IMG/VR virus record: IMGVR_UViG_3300044995_000369 | Coordinates: 15,196-79,195 of that record | DNA from: a virus | Direction: 5' to 3' (one strand) | Length of the DNA: 64,000 bases | In this document: piece after piece, positions 21,227 through 31,168 of the stretch | How positions within the stretch are numbered: the stretch's first letter is position 1 | Layout: each line of letters opens with the position of its first letter | Made by a program: the position numbers and the translations under genes | The notes under the pieces: model-generated | Database searches by the model: none | What the model was told of the DNA's origin: nothing | What the model saw: only the letters and a program-made list of their open reading frames with translations

Positions 21227-24200
21227 TTAGAATATTATCCCTCTAGGATTTGGATCCTGTCCTCTGTAAGCATTTGGATCTTTAACTGCTTCATCCAAAA
21301 CAAACATAGAAGGTCTTGGTGCTTTCCTAGTCAGCAAGAAAACCTCTGAAGTTTTACTGCCTGCGTTGGAAAGGAGCGGTTCTCCTGTTTCACTAGTTAT
21401 TCCTCCGACCAGTTTGTCCAAATCTTCCCCATAAATGTAATCAACAGACCACTCTGGAGATTTAAAATATCTGTTGAAGCCATCTACAAGCTGAGTGTCT
21501 ACTCTATTATATACTGCTCCACCTACCGAAGTTCCTCCGTTAGCTAACACCTCATCACCTTCATATTCATCTGGATTTGCACTGATGATTTCTTTGACGT
21601 CGTTGTAAATTATTCTAGAAAGGTATTCAGCTAGTCTGTCTTTAAAAACTATGTATCTTTCTCCATTGTTATAAACTGATATGTTTTTAAGAGCAGTAGA
21701 AGGGACTGGAGTTTCCCCACCAGTTCTTGAGCTTCTGACAATGGTTGTATCTTGGAATATTGTAGTTAAGTCTAAGCCAATGGAATCTAAGATGTTAACT
21801 GCTTCATTTATAATAGGAACGTGAATAGCCAGGTTCCAAATTCCTTCTGCAGTGTCAAGTGCAGCACTCCCGAAAATACCGATAGTTTTTGCTGCAAGTC
21901 CAATGCCGGAAGCAGCAAGGCCAATTCCTCCTAAGGTAAGGGCAGTTCCCCCTCCTTGTATTATATTGAAAGTAAGAGCTTGCCAAACACCATCATGTTT
22001 TAGCGCCCTTAAGGATCCTGCAAATAGTCTGATTGCGATGTCTGTTTCTCTCCTATAGAAGTTTAGTCCTGCATTCGCAGAAACATTTGCTAGAGTTGTA
22101 AAAATATCCTTTGGCCATCTTTCATCGAATGTGAAATATGATCTATCACATCTTATAAAAGAGGTATATACCACTTTGGAGGAGGGCATAGTGGTTGCCG
22201 CTGATACATAGTCATTACGGCCAATTACTTGAGTAAATCTGCCACCTAAATCTCTGACTCTGTCAGAAACTATTCTTACAAGCATGCCTGGAAGTTTTTT
22301 ATCTCTAAGCAATCTTGCGATAGTATCTTTGTTCCAAGTTGCTGAAAAGTTAAGGACTTTATTAAATCCAGTCTCATTAAATCCAACGATGCTGTATATA
22401 TAGTCTATCTCTTCGTTTGATACGCACTCACAACCATCGAGCAAAGATGCCGCAATTGCCCTGTTTACTTTTGCGTGAGAACCAAAAGCTAGACTTAGCT
22501 CTCCGATAGTGCTATTTGCAATAAGTTCATCCAGTCCTAGGGGAAATACTTGGACTATTACAGAATCAACTGCAAATCCATAGGCAACTTTTCCAAAGTC
22601 GTCTTGAAGATCTATTTCGTAATTTACAACTTTATCACTATTGCTAAGAATTCCTAACGTCACCGTTTCAAAGACGTTAGACAAAAAGGAGCTAGCACCA
22701 AAAATAATATCCAATGGGCCAAGAGGAGTCAGAAGGTACCAAGCTTCTGCTTCGTACTTTGAGACTAAATCTATGGGAGATACTTTGCTTGCGGTAGGAG
22801 TTGCGGACTTAGCCACCTTGACGTAGGATCCATCAAAAGTCTGCTTTAGTGGTACTAGCGAACTATACTCATCTGGAAGAGATATCCTGTTTTCAATAAT
22901 AGACAAAAAGTCACCTTGCTGAATAAGAGGATAGTCTTCTATAAGAACCCTTTTTGTTTTATCATCCAAGTCTTCTGTTTTAATGGTAGGTATAGGCATA
23001 TAGAACATCGACCTAACAGGTGCCCTTATGAAGCCCCCTGTTCTTTCATCGTAATCTCTATACATAGCAACCGTCATAAAAGCTGCCATGAGAGTAGAAC
23101 CAGTGACAGAGTGAGTATCTTCTTCCTGGAAAGTATAATCCCCAGAATTTTTAATACGGGCAGGAAGAAGTGGATCTTGTCCAAAAGAATCACCTACCGT
23201 ACCAGGCATTGCAGGTACAGGTATAAGCCAAGAGTAAGATAAAGCTCTGTGAGTAGGAAGAGCTCTACTGATAAACGGTGTATTTGCAATTAGGAAATCA
23301 GGATCGGGAAATAGATTCTTCCATACTCCCCTCAGAGTTGTGCGAGTAGGAATTTCTCCACGTTTATACTCCCTATACTGATATGGCTTATTTTCTTTTA
23401 TAATGTTTTCAGCAGTTTCTGCTGGGGAATCGATTTCATAATAAACAGTATTGTATTGAAGAGGGATAATGTCAGGTACACCATATTGTTCAACTTTTAC
23501 TGGGGTAAGACATAATTCTGGTCCCCAACCAGCAATAGCTGGAGGAAGTGATCCTATAAATCCTATGTTGTTAGGATTTAAAGCTACTGGTATACTTACA
23601 TCTTTGATTAGAACTTTCATATTGCTTTTAAGAAAGTTCATAAAAGAATCCATAAAGTTTCTAACAGTCGCATCGAAGTCTATTCTCTTCTTACCCAACA
23701 ATGAACCGGTTTCTGGGTTGTCTCTGATTGGCCTTCTTCTACCAAACCAGCTAATGACTCTTATTTGTGTAGCACCATCCGCAAGTATTGCCTTACTGGA
23801 TGTGTCAAAGGTTACATCTTCAAAGACATCTATTGCTGGCTCTGGGTCTGTTATATCGCCAGATACGATTATCAGCTTCGGTAAGTCCCAGTCTCTCCCA
23901 GTAATAATTTCTGTGTTTATCCTTTTCAGACTCTGATCCACAATTCTAGCTGCTTCTGTAGGACCATATTTGCTGAGTAGCCTTACATTTATGTCTGCTG
24001 CTAAGAGATTATTTCTTTGAGAAACGATATCCTTTATCAGCTCTCTTTGGTAGTTTTCTTTAGCCAACAAAGTTTTATACTTTGCAATTGTTGCAAGAAG
24101 TTCATTTGTTTTAGTTTCGAAGACATATAGGTTACCCCTAACTATATACTTACCCTCAAGAATGTCATCAAAGTATTGTGAGGCATAGTGGTAAACTGGG

Positions 24201-24436
24201 GTCTTACTGTTTTCTTCTCTGTGTTCAATGCCTACTATTTCAGATATCCAGATTGGACCAAAGAATACACTGCACCTAACGGAAGATTTATGGTTGGACT
24301 TGTAGGGATCATAAAAAGTGGGGTCTTTAGACTGCTGAGTAGTGTCGGCTATACCAAACTCATCAGTCCTAGTGACAGCCTTTATTGATGCCCTGGTAGC
24401 ATCTAGTTTGTCTTGGAATTGTCTAGTATCTGCCAA
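21227..24436 (-). CDS. Virion structural protein with N-terminal tail-tube-fold domain (tube initiator/baseplate hub-like)
   Basis: The N-terminal EIVGIEHREENSKTPVYHYASQYFDDILEGKYIVRGNL parallels LSGLATSLTREKVPVYTFGSANARSISRGKRACAGSM of the tube protein. TTG start with a GAAGGG SD. Confidence 0.6.
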   Translation of the reverse strand: MADTRQFQDKLDATRASIKAVTRTDEFGIADTTQQSKDPTFYDPYKSNHKSSVRCSVFFGPIWISEIVGIEHREENSKTPVYHYASQYFDDILEGKYIVRGNLYVFETKTNELLATIAKYKTLLAKENYQRELIKDIVSQRNNLLAADINVRLLSKYGPTEAARIVDQSLKRINTEIITGRDWDLPKLIIVSGDITDPEPAIDVFEDVTFDTSSKAILADGATQIRVISWFGRRRPIRDNPETGSLLGKKRIDFDATVRNFMDSFMNFLKSNMKVLIKDVSIPVALNPNNIGFIGSLPPAIAGWGPELCLTPVKVEQYGVPDIIPLQYNTVYYEIDSPAETAENIIKENKPYQYREYKRGEIPTRTTLRGVWKNLFPDPDFLIANTPFISRALPTHRALSYSWLIPVPAMPGTVGDSFGQDPLLPARIKNSGDYTFQEEDTHSVTGSTLMAAFMTVAMYRDYDERTGGFIRAPVRSMFYMPIPTIKTEDLDDKTKRVLIEDYPLIQQGDFLSIIENRISLPDEYSSLVPLKQTFDGSYVKVAKSATPTASKVSPIDLVSKYEAEAWYLLTPLGPLDIIFGASSFLSNVFETVTLGILSNSDKVVNYEIDLQDDFGKVAYGFAVDSVIVQVFPLGLDELIANSTIGELSLAFGSHAKVNRAIAASLLDGCECVSNEEIDYIYSIVGFNETGFNKVLNFSATWNKDTIARLLRDKKLPGMLVRIVSDRVRDLGGRFTQVIGRNDYVSAATTMPSSKVVYTSFIRCDRSYFTFDERWPKDIFTTLANVSANAGLNFYRRETDIAIRLFAGSLRALKHDGVWQALTFNIIQGGGTALTLGGIGLAASGIGLAAKTIGIFGSAALDTAEGIWNLAIHVPIINEAVNILDSIGLDLTTIFQDTTIVRSSRTGGETPVPSTALKNISVYNNGERYIVFKDRLAEYLSRIIYNDVKEIISANPDEYEGDEVLANGGTSVGGAVYNRVDTQLVDGFNRYFKSPEWSVDYIYGEDLDKLVGGITSETGEPLLSNAGSKTSEVFLLTRKAPRPSMFVLDEAVKDPNAYRGQDPNPRGIIF

Positions 24437-24613
24437 CTTAGTACCCTTCAGCTACTTGTTAAGTATATCTGATCTATCTTGTCTAAAAGCATTTTGGATA
24501 GAGGTACCTCATATAGCTTGTTTGCTTAGATGTTTAGCACACATTTAGTGCTTGTCAACACAGGTGGGCGTAAGACACAGACACCGACTACCCAATAAGG
24601 AGATGAAGTAAAG

Positions 24614-26776
24614 ATGTCAAAGATTTTAAAACAGGAAAACCAAGTATCTAAAGTAGACCCAGAAAAGCTAAAACAACTAGATGGAGCCTTGCTTTCCATA
24701 GAAAAAGCATTTGGCAAGGGAGCAATAAGACGTCTAGGGGACACAAAAATAGAGCCAATTGAATGTATTTCGACTGGCTCTATGAGTTTGGACTTAGCTC
24801 TGGGAATTGGAGGAGTTCCAAGGGGCCGTATAGTGGAGATATACGGTCCAGAATCTTCTGGTAAAACTACTATCACTCTCTCGATTATTGCAGAGGCACA
24901 GAAACTCGGAGGTACTGCAGCCTTTATAGATGCTGAACATGCACTTGACCCAAAGTATGCAAAGAAGCTAGGAGTAAATATAGACGAACTTCTAGTTTCA
25001 CAACCAGACAGTGGGGAACAGGCACTGGAAATTACAGAATCTTTAGTAAGATCCAATGCGCTTGACGTAATCGTGATTGACTCAGTAGCTGCTCTGGTAC
25101 CAAAGTCGGAGCTAGAGGGGGACATGGGTCAAGCTTCGATGGGCGTGCAGGCGAGGCTTATGAGCCAGGCTTTAAGAAAACTCACTGCTGCGATCCACAA
25201 GTCAAACACGATTGTCATATTTATTAACCAAATTAGAATGAAAATTGGTGTCATGTATGGCTGTTTCCACTATGATACCCTAGTTAACTTTGCTGATGGT
25301 AGAAGTATACCTATAGGTAAGGTTGTAGACGAGAAGATAGAAGGTGAAGTATATACTTTCAATGAGGAAACTAATGAAATAGAAACTAAGCCAATTATAG
25401 ATTGGCATGATAATGGAAAAGTAGAATCCAAAGAAGACTTTCTCCATATTCAAACAGAATCTATAGATGGTAAAGGTCGATTTGGTTTTACCTGTACCCC
25501 AAATCATAAAATACTAACTTCAGTAGGATGGAAAGAGGCAAAAGATCTGTCTTATACTGATAAACTAATTTCTAAATATGTTTTAACTGTCAATGGCACA
25601 TATGGAGAATTCCTCAATGGATGCTTAATTGGAGATAGTCATATATCTATTAGAGATAAGAATACTGGATCACTTCGATTTCAAGATAATGAAAACGCTG
25701 AATACCTTAATTGGAAACTGGATAAACTCCAACCAATTCTAGGTAGCATAACTAAAAGAAGTACCAAACAGGGAATTAGATTTGAAAGTGGTTATACGTA
25801 TGAGTTTTCAAAGATTAAAAGAGAACTAGGAAAAAGGGATCCTGTATATATGCTTAAGAACTTTAGTGATTTGTCTTTTGCAATATGGTTAATGGATGAT
25901 GGAGTATATGATGGTTCAAACGGCCATAGTAGATATTCCATATCAGTAAAGAGATTCAGAAATAATAAGCAAAAACTAGATGAAATTGTAGATATATTAT
26001 CTACAAAAGGATTACCTTGCTCTTACAATCTTAACGAAGGTTCCATCTACTTTGACACTAAAACGAGTGAAATTATAGCTCAGAGAATATGTAAGTATGT
26101 TCCAGGACCAATGCAGTACAAGCTTCCTGAGTCCTACAGAAATAAGTATGAGGATTTCACTCTGTCTAATTCACCTAAGTTAGTTACAGAAGAAGTTAAA
26201 ATCAAGCTGATTAGGAAAGCCTCTGACAGACAATACAGATGTAGAAGAAAATTCGATATATCTGTAAAAGATAATCACAACTACATGGTGGGAGGTAAAC
26301 ACAACGGGGTTATTGTACATAACTCGCCCGAGACAACAACCGGAGGAAACGCCCTTAAGTTTTATGCTTCTGTGAGAATGGATGTAAGAAGAGTAGAAAC
26401 AATTACTAAAGGAGAAGAAGCAATTGGCGCAAGAATTAGAGTAAAAGTGGTAAAAAATAAAGTAGCTCCTCCATTCAGAAAAGCCGAATTTGACTTGTAC
26501 TTTGATGAGAGAGGCTTAGACAAAGCATCCCAAATTTTAGATTCTGCGGTAGCAATGAATCTCATAAAGAAATCAGGTGCTTGGTTTTCTTATGGAGATA
26601 ACAGAATTGGCCAAGGAAGAGAAAGTACTGCTGCTTATATCAGAGAAAACCCAAAGTTCATGGATGAACTTGAAAGCAAGATAAGAAAAGCCCTTGCTAG
26701 TGGCGAGTCAGTAAAGGAAGTGATACCACCAGAAGACAACGCAGAAAACAAAACTACTAAGGAAAAGGTTGAATAA
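24614..26776 (+). CDS. recA: RecA recombinase containing an intein (about 366 aa after splicing)
   Basis: [16 protein letters not shown] (Walker A), [53 protein letters not shown] and [10 protein letters not shown]; AAGGAG SD upstream. Confidence 0.99.
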   Translation: MSKILKQENQVSKVDPEKLKQLDGALLSIEKAFGKGAIRRLGDTKIEPIECISTGSMSLDLALGIGGVPRGRIVEIYGPESSGKTTITLSIIAEAQKLGGTAAFIDAEHALDPKYAKKLGVNIDELLVSQPDSGEQALEITESLVRSNALDVIVIDSVAALVPKSELEGDMGQASMGVQARLMSQALRKLTAAIHKSNTIVIFINQIRMKIGVMYGCFHYDTLVNFADGRSIPIGKVVDEKIEGEVYTFNEETNEIETKPIIDWHDNGKVESKEDFLHIQTESIDGKGRFGFTCTPNHKILTSVGWKEAKDLSYTDKLISKYVLTVNGTYGEFLNGCLIGDSHISIRDKNTGSLRFQDNENAEYLNWKLDKLQPILGSITKRSTKQGIRFESGYTYEFSKIKRELGKRDPVYMLKNFSDLSFAIWLMDDGVYDGSNGHSRYSISVKRFRNNKQKLDEIVDILSTKGLPCSYNLNEGSIYFDTKTSEIIAQRICKYVPGPMQYKLPESYRNKYEDFTLSNSPKLVTEEVKIKLIRKASDRQYRCRRKFDISVKDNHNYMVGGKHNGVIVHNSPETTTGGNALKFYASVRMDVRRVETITKGEEAIGARIRVKVVKNKVAPPFRKAEFDLYFDERGLDKASQILDSAVAMNLIKKSGAWFSYGDNRIGQGRESTAAYIRENPKFMDELESKIRKALASGESVKEVIPPEDNAENKTTKEKVE
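25262..26323 (+). mobile_element. Full-length class 1 intein (354 aa) with LAGLIDADG homing endonuclease at the RecA-b site
   Basis: GVMYG|CFHYDT...TCTPNH...IVHN|SPETTTGG; endonuclease motifs LNGCLIGDS and AIWLMDDG. Same insertion site as the mycobacterial RecA-b inteins. Confidence 0.95.
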
Positions 26777-26778
26777 AG

Positions 26779-27477
26779 ATGGATAAACTAAATCAGATCA
26801 AATTTTTGGACAAAGTAAGAGAAATAAAGAACTCCGGGTGCCAAAGGTGCCCGGATTTGGCAGCCATAAGAACTAACATTGTAGTAGGTAAGGGAAACCA
26901 AAATGCCGATACTCTCATTATTGCACAAGGTCCTGGTACACAAGAAGACCAAGAAGGAATACCATTTGTCGGTCCTGCAGGGAAGCTCCTTCATTCTATC
27001 ATTTCTGCCGCAGGCTATAACCCTGAGAGTGATTTCTATTTCAGCAATGTTACTTATTGCCATACTCCTGGCAACTCGAAACCAACGTCAGTCCACTTGC
27101 AGAACTGCTCTAGCTACGTCAGAACAATTACAGCACCTTTTAAGAAAATAGTTGCACTTGGCGCATCTGCAGTGGAAGGAATTCTAGCAATTTGGGGAAG
27201 AGAACACTTAGCCAAAGCTTCTTTATCAATGAAAGATATACTAACAAGGGGGACTCCGCTAGAGCTTTCCAGTGGAAAGCTTTTGTTTATATGCTATCAT
27301 CCAAGTTTTCTGCTAAGGAACCAAATGACAGGTCCACAATTTAGTGAGTATAACTTACTTCTGAATGAGATAAAACAAGCGAAATCTTATAATAAAGATC
27401 TAGTAAATAAAAATGCTAGAGTAGAGAACTCAGCATTTAGGTTATTCGCCTCTGGAGAAAATGTAAGCTTGTTCTAG
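26779..27477 (+). CDS. Uracil-DNA glycosylase family 4 (Fe-S), SPO1 polymerase-related type
   Basis: CQRC, VVGKGN, AQGPG..ED..G.PFVGPAG, SNVTYC, NC and YHPSFLLR. Confidence 0.9.
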   Translation: MDKLNQIKFLDKVREIKNSGCQRCPDLAAIRTNIVVGKGNQNADTLIIAQGPGTQEDQEGIPFVGPAGKLLHSIISAAGYNPESDFYFSNVTYCHTPGNSKPTSVHLQNCSSYVRTITAPFKKIVALGASAVEGILAIWGREHLAKASLSMKDILTRGTPLELSSGKLLFICYHPSFLLRNQMTGPQFSEYNLLLNEIKQAKSYNKDLVNKNARVENSAFRLFASGENVSLF

Positions 27478-27478
27478 C

Positions 27479-28180
27479 ATGGCAGTAAAGAAATCTTTGG
27501 AAAAGAAACCATTAGACGTCAGGCCGAGTTACACCTCATTGGAAGAACTATGCAAGAAGTATTCCCATGAAGCTTATGTTCCTAGCGGTACTTCTGGAGA
27601 CAAAGTATTCAGAGTGAATACAATGATGAAAATACTTAGGGAATTTTGTAGTCTCCATAACTACACATACAGTATAATTCCGAGATTTATAGATGTTTCA
27701 AATGCAGTTAGGACAGTTGCAGTATCTGTAGAAGTGAGGGACTCAGAAGGCACAACAATATGGGAAACGTTTGGAGTTGCAAGTAGGTATACCTATACCC
27801 TTAGCAGCAAAATTAAGGATGCTGCTATAGAGGTAGCACAAACAGTAGCCACTGGTAAAGCACTGGTAATGCTAGGGATAACTCCTGTAGATAATTTTGT
27901 TACTTATAGTATGGAAGAGTTAGAACTACATAACTCAATAAAACAAAAAGTAGACCCACAAATACTAAGAGCAAAAGCTGCAGAGTTGATAGCTCAGCTT
28001 CCAGAAGAATTTAAGAAGAGAGCAAGATACGCAAATATAGGTATTGACACTGTACTTGATCTTATAGATGTTGAAAAAGACAGTGTTGATGTGCTTGCTG
28101 AAAGACTCGGAAACTATCTTGAAACGGGGAAATCAGGTAGGTTGAACAATGTTGAAACCTCTCCTGATAAGGCGACTTGA
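27479..28180 (+). CDS. Putative single-strand annealing protein (Rad52/Sak-like)
   Basis: Beta strands followed by AIEVAQTVATGKALVMLGI, resembling the E.A.T.A.GRAL..LGI motif; adjacent to an exonuclease and recA. Confidence 0.55.
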   Translation: MAVKKSLEKKPLDVRPSYTSLEELCKKYSHEAYVPSGTSGDKVFRVNTMMKILREFCSLHNYTYSIIPRFIDVSNAVRTVAVSVEVRDSEGTTIWETFGVASRYTYTLSSKIKDAAIEVAQTVATGKALVMLGITPVDNFVTYSMEELELHNSIKQKVDPQILRAKAAELIAQLPEEFKKRARYANIGIDTVLDLIDVEKDSVDVLAERLGNYLETGKSGRLNNVETSPDKAT

Positions 28181-29003
28181 AAATGAAGAAAAGGTAATTA
28201 CTTATTCTCCAAGAAGGCTGGCAAAAGCATTCTATTGTGGAAAGTCTGCATATCATGACAGGTTTTCTCCTGGAAGTCCATTAACAAAAGGAATAGAATA
28301 CGGGTCTGCAATAGACTCAGAAATATCAAAATTAGTATCTGGAAAAGAGTATAAGTACTCTAAAGAGATAGAGTTTTATGTTCTAAATACTCCTAGCTTG
28401 ACAGATGATGTCAAGCCTTCTCAGGAGTCAAAATCTAACATAGAGTTAACTGTTTTTGGGGAGAAGGTAACTGTACTATTGGAGGGTCTTTGTGATGTTC
28501 TCTATCCCAATCTAGTGGTAGAAGTGAAAACCGGAAAGCAGAAAAAGTGGCATGAAATTCAAGCATTGTGTTATGCTGTTGCCTTCAAGAGAATATGCCA
28601 AGTCATATACGTAACAAGAGGTTATTCTATTTTTGTAGAACCAGACGAGGAAAAGCTAAAGGAAATACTGCTGAAAGCAATAGACAATGAGGTGATAGAA
28701 CAAACATCCAGGAATGAGTTTTGTGAGCATTGTGTTTTGAAAAAGGGATGTTTTGAATGGGATACTAGAAGTGGTTACATAAAGGCAATGGGAATGCTGA
28801 AACAGTACTTAACCACAGAGAACTTGGATAAACAAGAAGAAAAAGATGTAAAAGAGTGCATAGCGAAGCTTTCCAAATATGCTCACAAGTACATAAATGC
28901 TGGAGAAAGCTATAGAGTAGAGAACGTAATTGTACTTCCAAACAAGGATAAAGAAACTGGGCAAGTCAGAGGAGTTATTCTTAAAAGTTCAACTGACTCT
29001 TGA
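28149..29003 (+). CDS. Cas4/RecB-like PD-(D/E)XK exonuclease with 4-Cys cluster
   Basis: N-terminal YC, GLCD, VEVKTG, QALCY and C-terminal FCEHCVLKKGC. Confidence 0.85.
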   Translation: MLKPLLIRRLENEEKVITYSPRRLAKAFYCGKSAYHDRFSPGSPLTKGIEYGSAIDSEISKLVSGKEYKYSKEIEFYVLNTPSLTDDVKPSQESKSNIELTVFGEKVTVLLEGLCDVLYPNLVVEVKTGKQKKWHEIQALCYAVAFKRICQVIYVTRGYSIFVEPDEEKLKEILLKAIDNEVIEQTSRNEFCEHCVLKKGCFEWDTRSGYIKAMGMLKQYLTTENLDKQEEKDVKECIAKLSKYAHKYINAGESYRVENVIVLPNKDKETGQVRGVILKSSTDS

Positions 29004-30168
29004 TGTTATCGATAGTATTAAGGTAAACACTCTCAAAATTTTGCCCTGCTACATCTCTCATCAGAGCTAGTCTTCTTTTCTTTTCATAGAGAGTTGCTCC
29101 TTGAGCGGTAGGCTCAAATGGATTAACTTCTCCCCCAAACCCTTTTTTGACAGGCACTATTGGGTCTATAGCTACTGCTTTGTATTGATAAGCTACCTCG
29201 TTCTCAAGCTGCCTGGTTGTTATAGAACCACCATCATCAGTAAACGTTATTCCCCAAATATTCATTGCACTAGAAGCACCATACTCATTATGGAAAACAA
29301 TTGTAAGGTCAAAGCTTGGCATTTCTGTAGATTCGAGTTCTTCGAATGAAGTAAGTCCACTAGAAGGAGCTATAGGACTATTTCCATGAAAATACTCAAG
29401 GGGAGACACTGCTCTTATTGGATCCTCGTCAAACAAGGCAAATATCATGGTTCCAGCATATGTTTTTGCTCCTGGGGTAAATTTTTTTGGACTGTCTTGG
29501 TACGTTGCCCTATCTGAGTTCTTATCCTTATGTCTAGACCAGGAAATACCGGTAAGTCCTTTAACCTCTGCTAAAAAGTTTCCAGCAAACACTGCCATAG
29601 CTTTTATATCTACAGAGGTGTATGTAGATCCAAACCTATTCACATTTGTAACTCTATCTGTTAGTCTTATGATTCCACTTAATGGAAAACCAAGTGCTGA
29701 GTTGATGGCTTGGGTTTTTTGTTCATCTAAACTAGTAGTGAATTCACCAGTATCTAGGTCTATTTCTTGTACATTTATATCGGTATCCAAACTGACAATT
29801 TGATTTTCAACTAGCGTAGCCAGCTGTTTCGCAGCATTAATAAATAGTTCTCTGTTTCCAAGAGTTGTAGTCGAGCTTACTGGAGGAAAAGGCTGGTAAT
29901 TACCTGTAAGCCTGTTATAGTATCTATTTGAGGTTCTTTGTTGGGCAGCGGACAACCTGGCCGATAGTATCCCAACTTCCCTTCTCAGCTGCTCGATATA
30001 TTGTCTGTTCCTAACAACGGCTCCTAAATCTGCATTATTCGGAGCAACTATTCTCTCTTGATTTCTACCAAATATGTCATTTGTAGTTTGCCTTGTAATG
30101 TTAGTAGGGATAGGTTGAATACCTGCTATTCTTAGAATATCACCTACCTTTTTACCACCAGGTCTCAT
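28981..30168 (-). CDS. Tail-tube paralog with N-terminal extension
   Basis: STYTSVDI, GAKTYAGTMIFALFDED, FDLTIVFHNEYG and DDGGSI align by eye with the neighbouring tube protein. Confidence 0.7.
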   Translation of the reverse strand: MRPGGKKVGDILRIAGIQPIPTNITRQTTNDIFGRNQERIVAPNNADLGAVVRNRQYIEQLRREVGILSARLSAAQQRTSNRYYNRLTGNYQPFPPVSSTTTLGNRELFINAAKQLATLVENQIVSLDTDINVQEIDLDTGEFTTSLDEQKTQAINSALGFPLSGIIRLTDRVTNVNRFGSTYTSVDIKAMAVFAGNFLAEVKGLTGISWSRHKDKNSDRATYQDSPKKFTPGAKTYAGTMIFALFDEDPIRAVSPLEYFHGNSPIAPSSGLTSFEELESTEMPSFDLTIVFHNEYGASSAMNIWGITFTDDGGSITTRQLENEVAYQYKAVAIDPIVPVKKGFGGEVNPFEPTAQGATLYEKKRRLALMRDVAGQNFESVYLNTIDNIKSQLNF

Positions 30169-30176
30169 CCTGAGCT

Positions 30177-30205
30177 ATTATACCCACTAAAACTAACTAT
30201 GTCTA
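30177..30205 (-). promoter_or_regulatory. Sigma70-like promoter TAGACA-N17-TATAAT, 8 nt upstream of the ATG (probably leaderless)
   Basis: Direct sequence reading; located just after the terminator. Confidence 0.65.
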
Positions 30206-30210
30206 TAAAC

Positions 30211-30236
30211 AAAAAGAGGTCTTTTAGACCTCTTTT
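30211..30236 (-). terminator. Intrinsic terminator after the tail tube gene (potentially bidirectional)
   Basis: aaaaa-gaggtct-ttt-agacctc-tttt stem-loop flanked by A/T tracts. Confidence 0.8.
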
Positions 30237-30257
30237 CATCTTGGTATGTTATTCAGC

Positions 30258-31115
30258 TTAAGGAGCTGCTGCTATTTGGTTAAATAGCGGATCTGGAGAA
30301 GCCAGGTTTTGGTTAGGATTGGTAATTTGTCTAATCCTACCAATAAGGGTTTCTGCAGGATCGTCTCCTGTTGTAATAGGTACCCAAGGAGTTTTAGTGA
30401 TAGCTATGTATGTCATTTGCTGTTCATTGGTAATATCGTCGACAGACACACCACCACCCTCATTGATGATTTCTACGCCAATAACTGCACAAGAGGAAGC
30501 TCTACCATACTCATTCTGGGCTGCCATGGTAATGTCAAAAGGATAAACTTGGTCAGCATGTTGAGGTGCTCTTCTGACAGACAAAGCACCGGCAACACCA
30601 TTTGCAGCATTTGCACCAGCCACGCCAAAAGATTGACCAGCTCTGTTATCAACAGAATTTCTATTTTGGGGTCCAGCTGCAGTAAACTGAGTATCTCTTG
30701 CTCCACCTACCAATGTGTCCCCACCGGACAGACCAGTAGCTCCAGCAAAATTGTTTGCGGCATTAGCAGGAAAGAACGTACCAATAAATGCGGCAATGTT
30801 AATTGGATTTGTCAGGTAATTTACTTCATCAGCATGCGCATAGTAGAAGTGAGACTCATCCATGAACATATTGTAGAATGAGTCTCTATCAAACAGAGTA
30901 AATTGCATTGAACCTGCACATGCTCTTTTGCCCCTTGAGATTGACCTTGCATTCGCAGAACCAAATGTATATACTGGAACTTTTTCCCTTGTAAGAGAGG
31001 TTGCGAGTCCGGACAACGTTGCCATTACTAGGTTATCAAAAATCGCAGTAATGTCTATGCCAGAAAATGTAGTATATGTTGAAACTACCCTTGAAGCTAG
31101 GCTGTTAGATGCCAT
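30258..31115 (-). CDS. Tail tube protein
   Basis: Immediately follows the sheath gene, has a GGAGG SD and is followed by a terminator. TFSGIDI...REKVPVYTFG...SRGKRACAGS...PFDI...NEYG pattern. Confidence 0.75.
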   Translation of the reverse strand: MASNSLASRVVSTYTTFSGIDITAIFDNLVMATLSGLATSLTREKVPVYTFGSANARSISRGKRACAGSMQFTLFDRDSFYNMFMDESHFYYAHADEVNYLTNPINIAAFIGTFFPANAANNFAGATGLSGGDTLVGGARDTQFTAAGPQNRNSVDNRAGQSFGVAGANAANGVAGALSVRRAPQHADQVYPFDITMAAQNEYGRASSCAVIGVEIINEGGGVSVDDITNEQQMTYIAITKTPWVPITTGDDPAETLIGRIRQITNPNQNLASPDPLFNQIAAAP

Positions 31116-31168
31116 ATTTTATTGCCTCCATCTTTACTATCATATCATGTTACTGGAGAGAGAATCCA

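Noticed and set aside
24437-24613. Divergent intergenic region upstream of recA as an SOS box or ncRNA
   Set aside because: Only a weak inverted repeat (AGCAC-N7-GTGCT); no LexA box I recognise and no convincing structure.
24526-25125. 199-aa minus-strand ORF
   Set aside because: Antisense shadow of the conserved recA coding sequence.
28149-29003. Cas4-like gene as evidence of CRISPR-Cas
   Set aside because: No repeat-spacer array or other cas genes were seen; solo Cas4-like nucleases are common in phage recombination modules.
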